Positions 62,801 to 64,000 of a DNA stretch of 64,000 bases are shown piece by piece (position 1 is the stretch's first letter; the number at the start of each line of letters is the position of its first letter). Source of the DNA: Atractiella rhizophila (taxonomy: Eukaryota); contig MU271225.1 in assembly GCA_021432655.1 (NCBI GenBank), forward strand, positions 1 to 64,000. Direction: 5' to 3'. The notes beneath the pieces were generated by a model. The model was not told where the DNA came from. It did no database searches and worked only from the letters and a program-made list of their open reading frames with translations. Position numbers and translations under genes: made by a program.

Positions 62801-64000
62801 CACAACAACATCTTTGTTCACGAAAGGTGAACGGATTGATTGTGACTTGTGGGGTCCCGCACCAGTACCTGCATTGCAGAGTGGCTACCGTTATGGACTC
62901 GGAATCGTAGAAGAGTCCACTGCCATGATATGGTGGATTCCCCTACGACTCAAGTCACATGCCGCCACAGCTCTGAGAATGTGATCACAGAGACGGAACG
63001 TCGTCATGGCGTTAAGGTGAAGATCCTGTGAAGCGATAACGGCGGGGAGTTCAAGTCAGTCATTTTCAAATCTTTCATACAGAAATCAGGTATCACTCAC
63101 GAGACTTCAATTCCATACGTTCACAACCAAATGGGGTTTATGGAACGACGTTGGTATACAATATTCAATGTAGCTTGCACAATTCTCTTGGAATCTGGTT
63201 TGCCTTTATCTTTCTGGGAGAAAGCAGTTCAGTTTGCTGTTCACACTTTAAATCATCTATCCACATTTTGGCACAGATCTTGGAAATGTCCTTTGAAATT
63301 ATGGACAGGCATAGCCCCTGATGTTTCTTCTCTTCGTACTTTTGGCTGCTTAGCTATTGTTCACATTCCAAAGGAGAGGCAGATATCGAAACTCCATCCG
63401 AGAGGGGCACGAGGATACTTCGTAGGATATCTGCCTGGCGTGAAGGGTTGGCTCTTTTGGGTACCGTCGCAAAAGCGATTTGTGGAAGCGAAGGATGTCA
63501 GATGCTTCGAAGATCAGTTTTATCGGGATCGGAGTGTGGAGGATACAGAACGCCTAAGTGACTGGACTCTCGACAAGTTCATGCCCTCTGAGTTTCATAG
63601 CTTAGCTGACAAGGTTCCCGTTAACATTCCAGGCCCTGACGAAGTAGTACCGCCCACCACACCATCCAATAACCCTTCCGTACAACTTCCTCCTTCCAAA
63701 CCCACCACGACGTCTTCACCTACCCCAGATATTCATATTCGGACGGAGTTAGATAACGTTGAGGGAGGGTTGCTGAGTCCTACCGCAAGCGAAGAAGCTG
63801 TGCAGGCACAAATGGTCCCTGTTAGACAAGTACACAAGCGTATACCACAACACTCACCTGCCCCATATCCACCCCCAAACCAACGTCCACAATGTGATAT
63901 ATCGCGAGTCGATTATACTGCCCAGCTGAAGGGTAAGCCGTCAAACCAAAAGGGAGGAACCATACACATTCCAACTACTTTCTTGATGCACACTTCCGAT
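59545..64000 (+). mobile_element. Ty1/Copia LTR retrotransposon, degenerate, runs off the window
   Basis: Gag-like ORF, degenerate knuckle CVYYLGMGHISSGC, protease YVDSAATVHMS, WHSCLGH..CTICAAGK, integrase DLWGP / SDNGGEF / G..ERR, and LRTFGC..KL.PR..GYFVGY. Order is protease then integrase; frameshifts and a stop near 62980-63031. Confidence 0.93.

Overview
Intron-rich fungal nuclear DNA, most likely from a basidiomycete (short GT-AG introns with CTAAC/CTGAC branch points, a DUF6533-type membrane protein, a basidiomycete-style Crinkler header). The left and middle carry conserved genes: DDX60/Ski2-like helicase, DUF3533/SNG1-like membrane protein, MED21, tRNA-Asp, a beta-lactamase-fold hydrolase, SSD1/Dis3L2 and a GT91/GH130-like protein. 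These are interleaved with accessory genes: a receptor-like type I membrane protein, a decayed Crinkler with three tandem header domains plus REase and kinase, and an internally duplicated DUF6533 7TM gene. The right third holds two ~99%-identical copies of a patatin-STAND-TPR fungal NLR. The patatin domain lacks the catalytic DG motif in both copies. The upstream copy is an insertion flanked by a 145-bp direct repeat and is truncated in the TPRs; the downstream copy has a 2-nt frameshift in the patatin domain. Between them is a 161-bp repeat array interrupted by a solo LTR and a CACTA-like element, and a degenerate Ty1/Copia element closes the window. All family calls come from motif recognition by eye, not database searches. 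Exon boundaries are approximate, and some frameshifts or duplications could be assembly artefacts.
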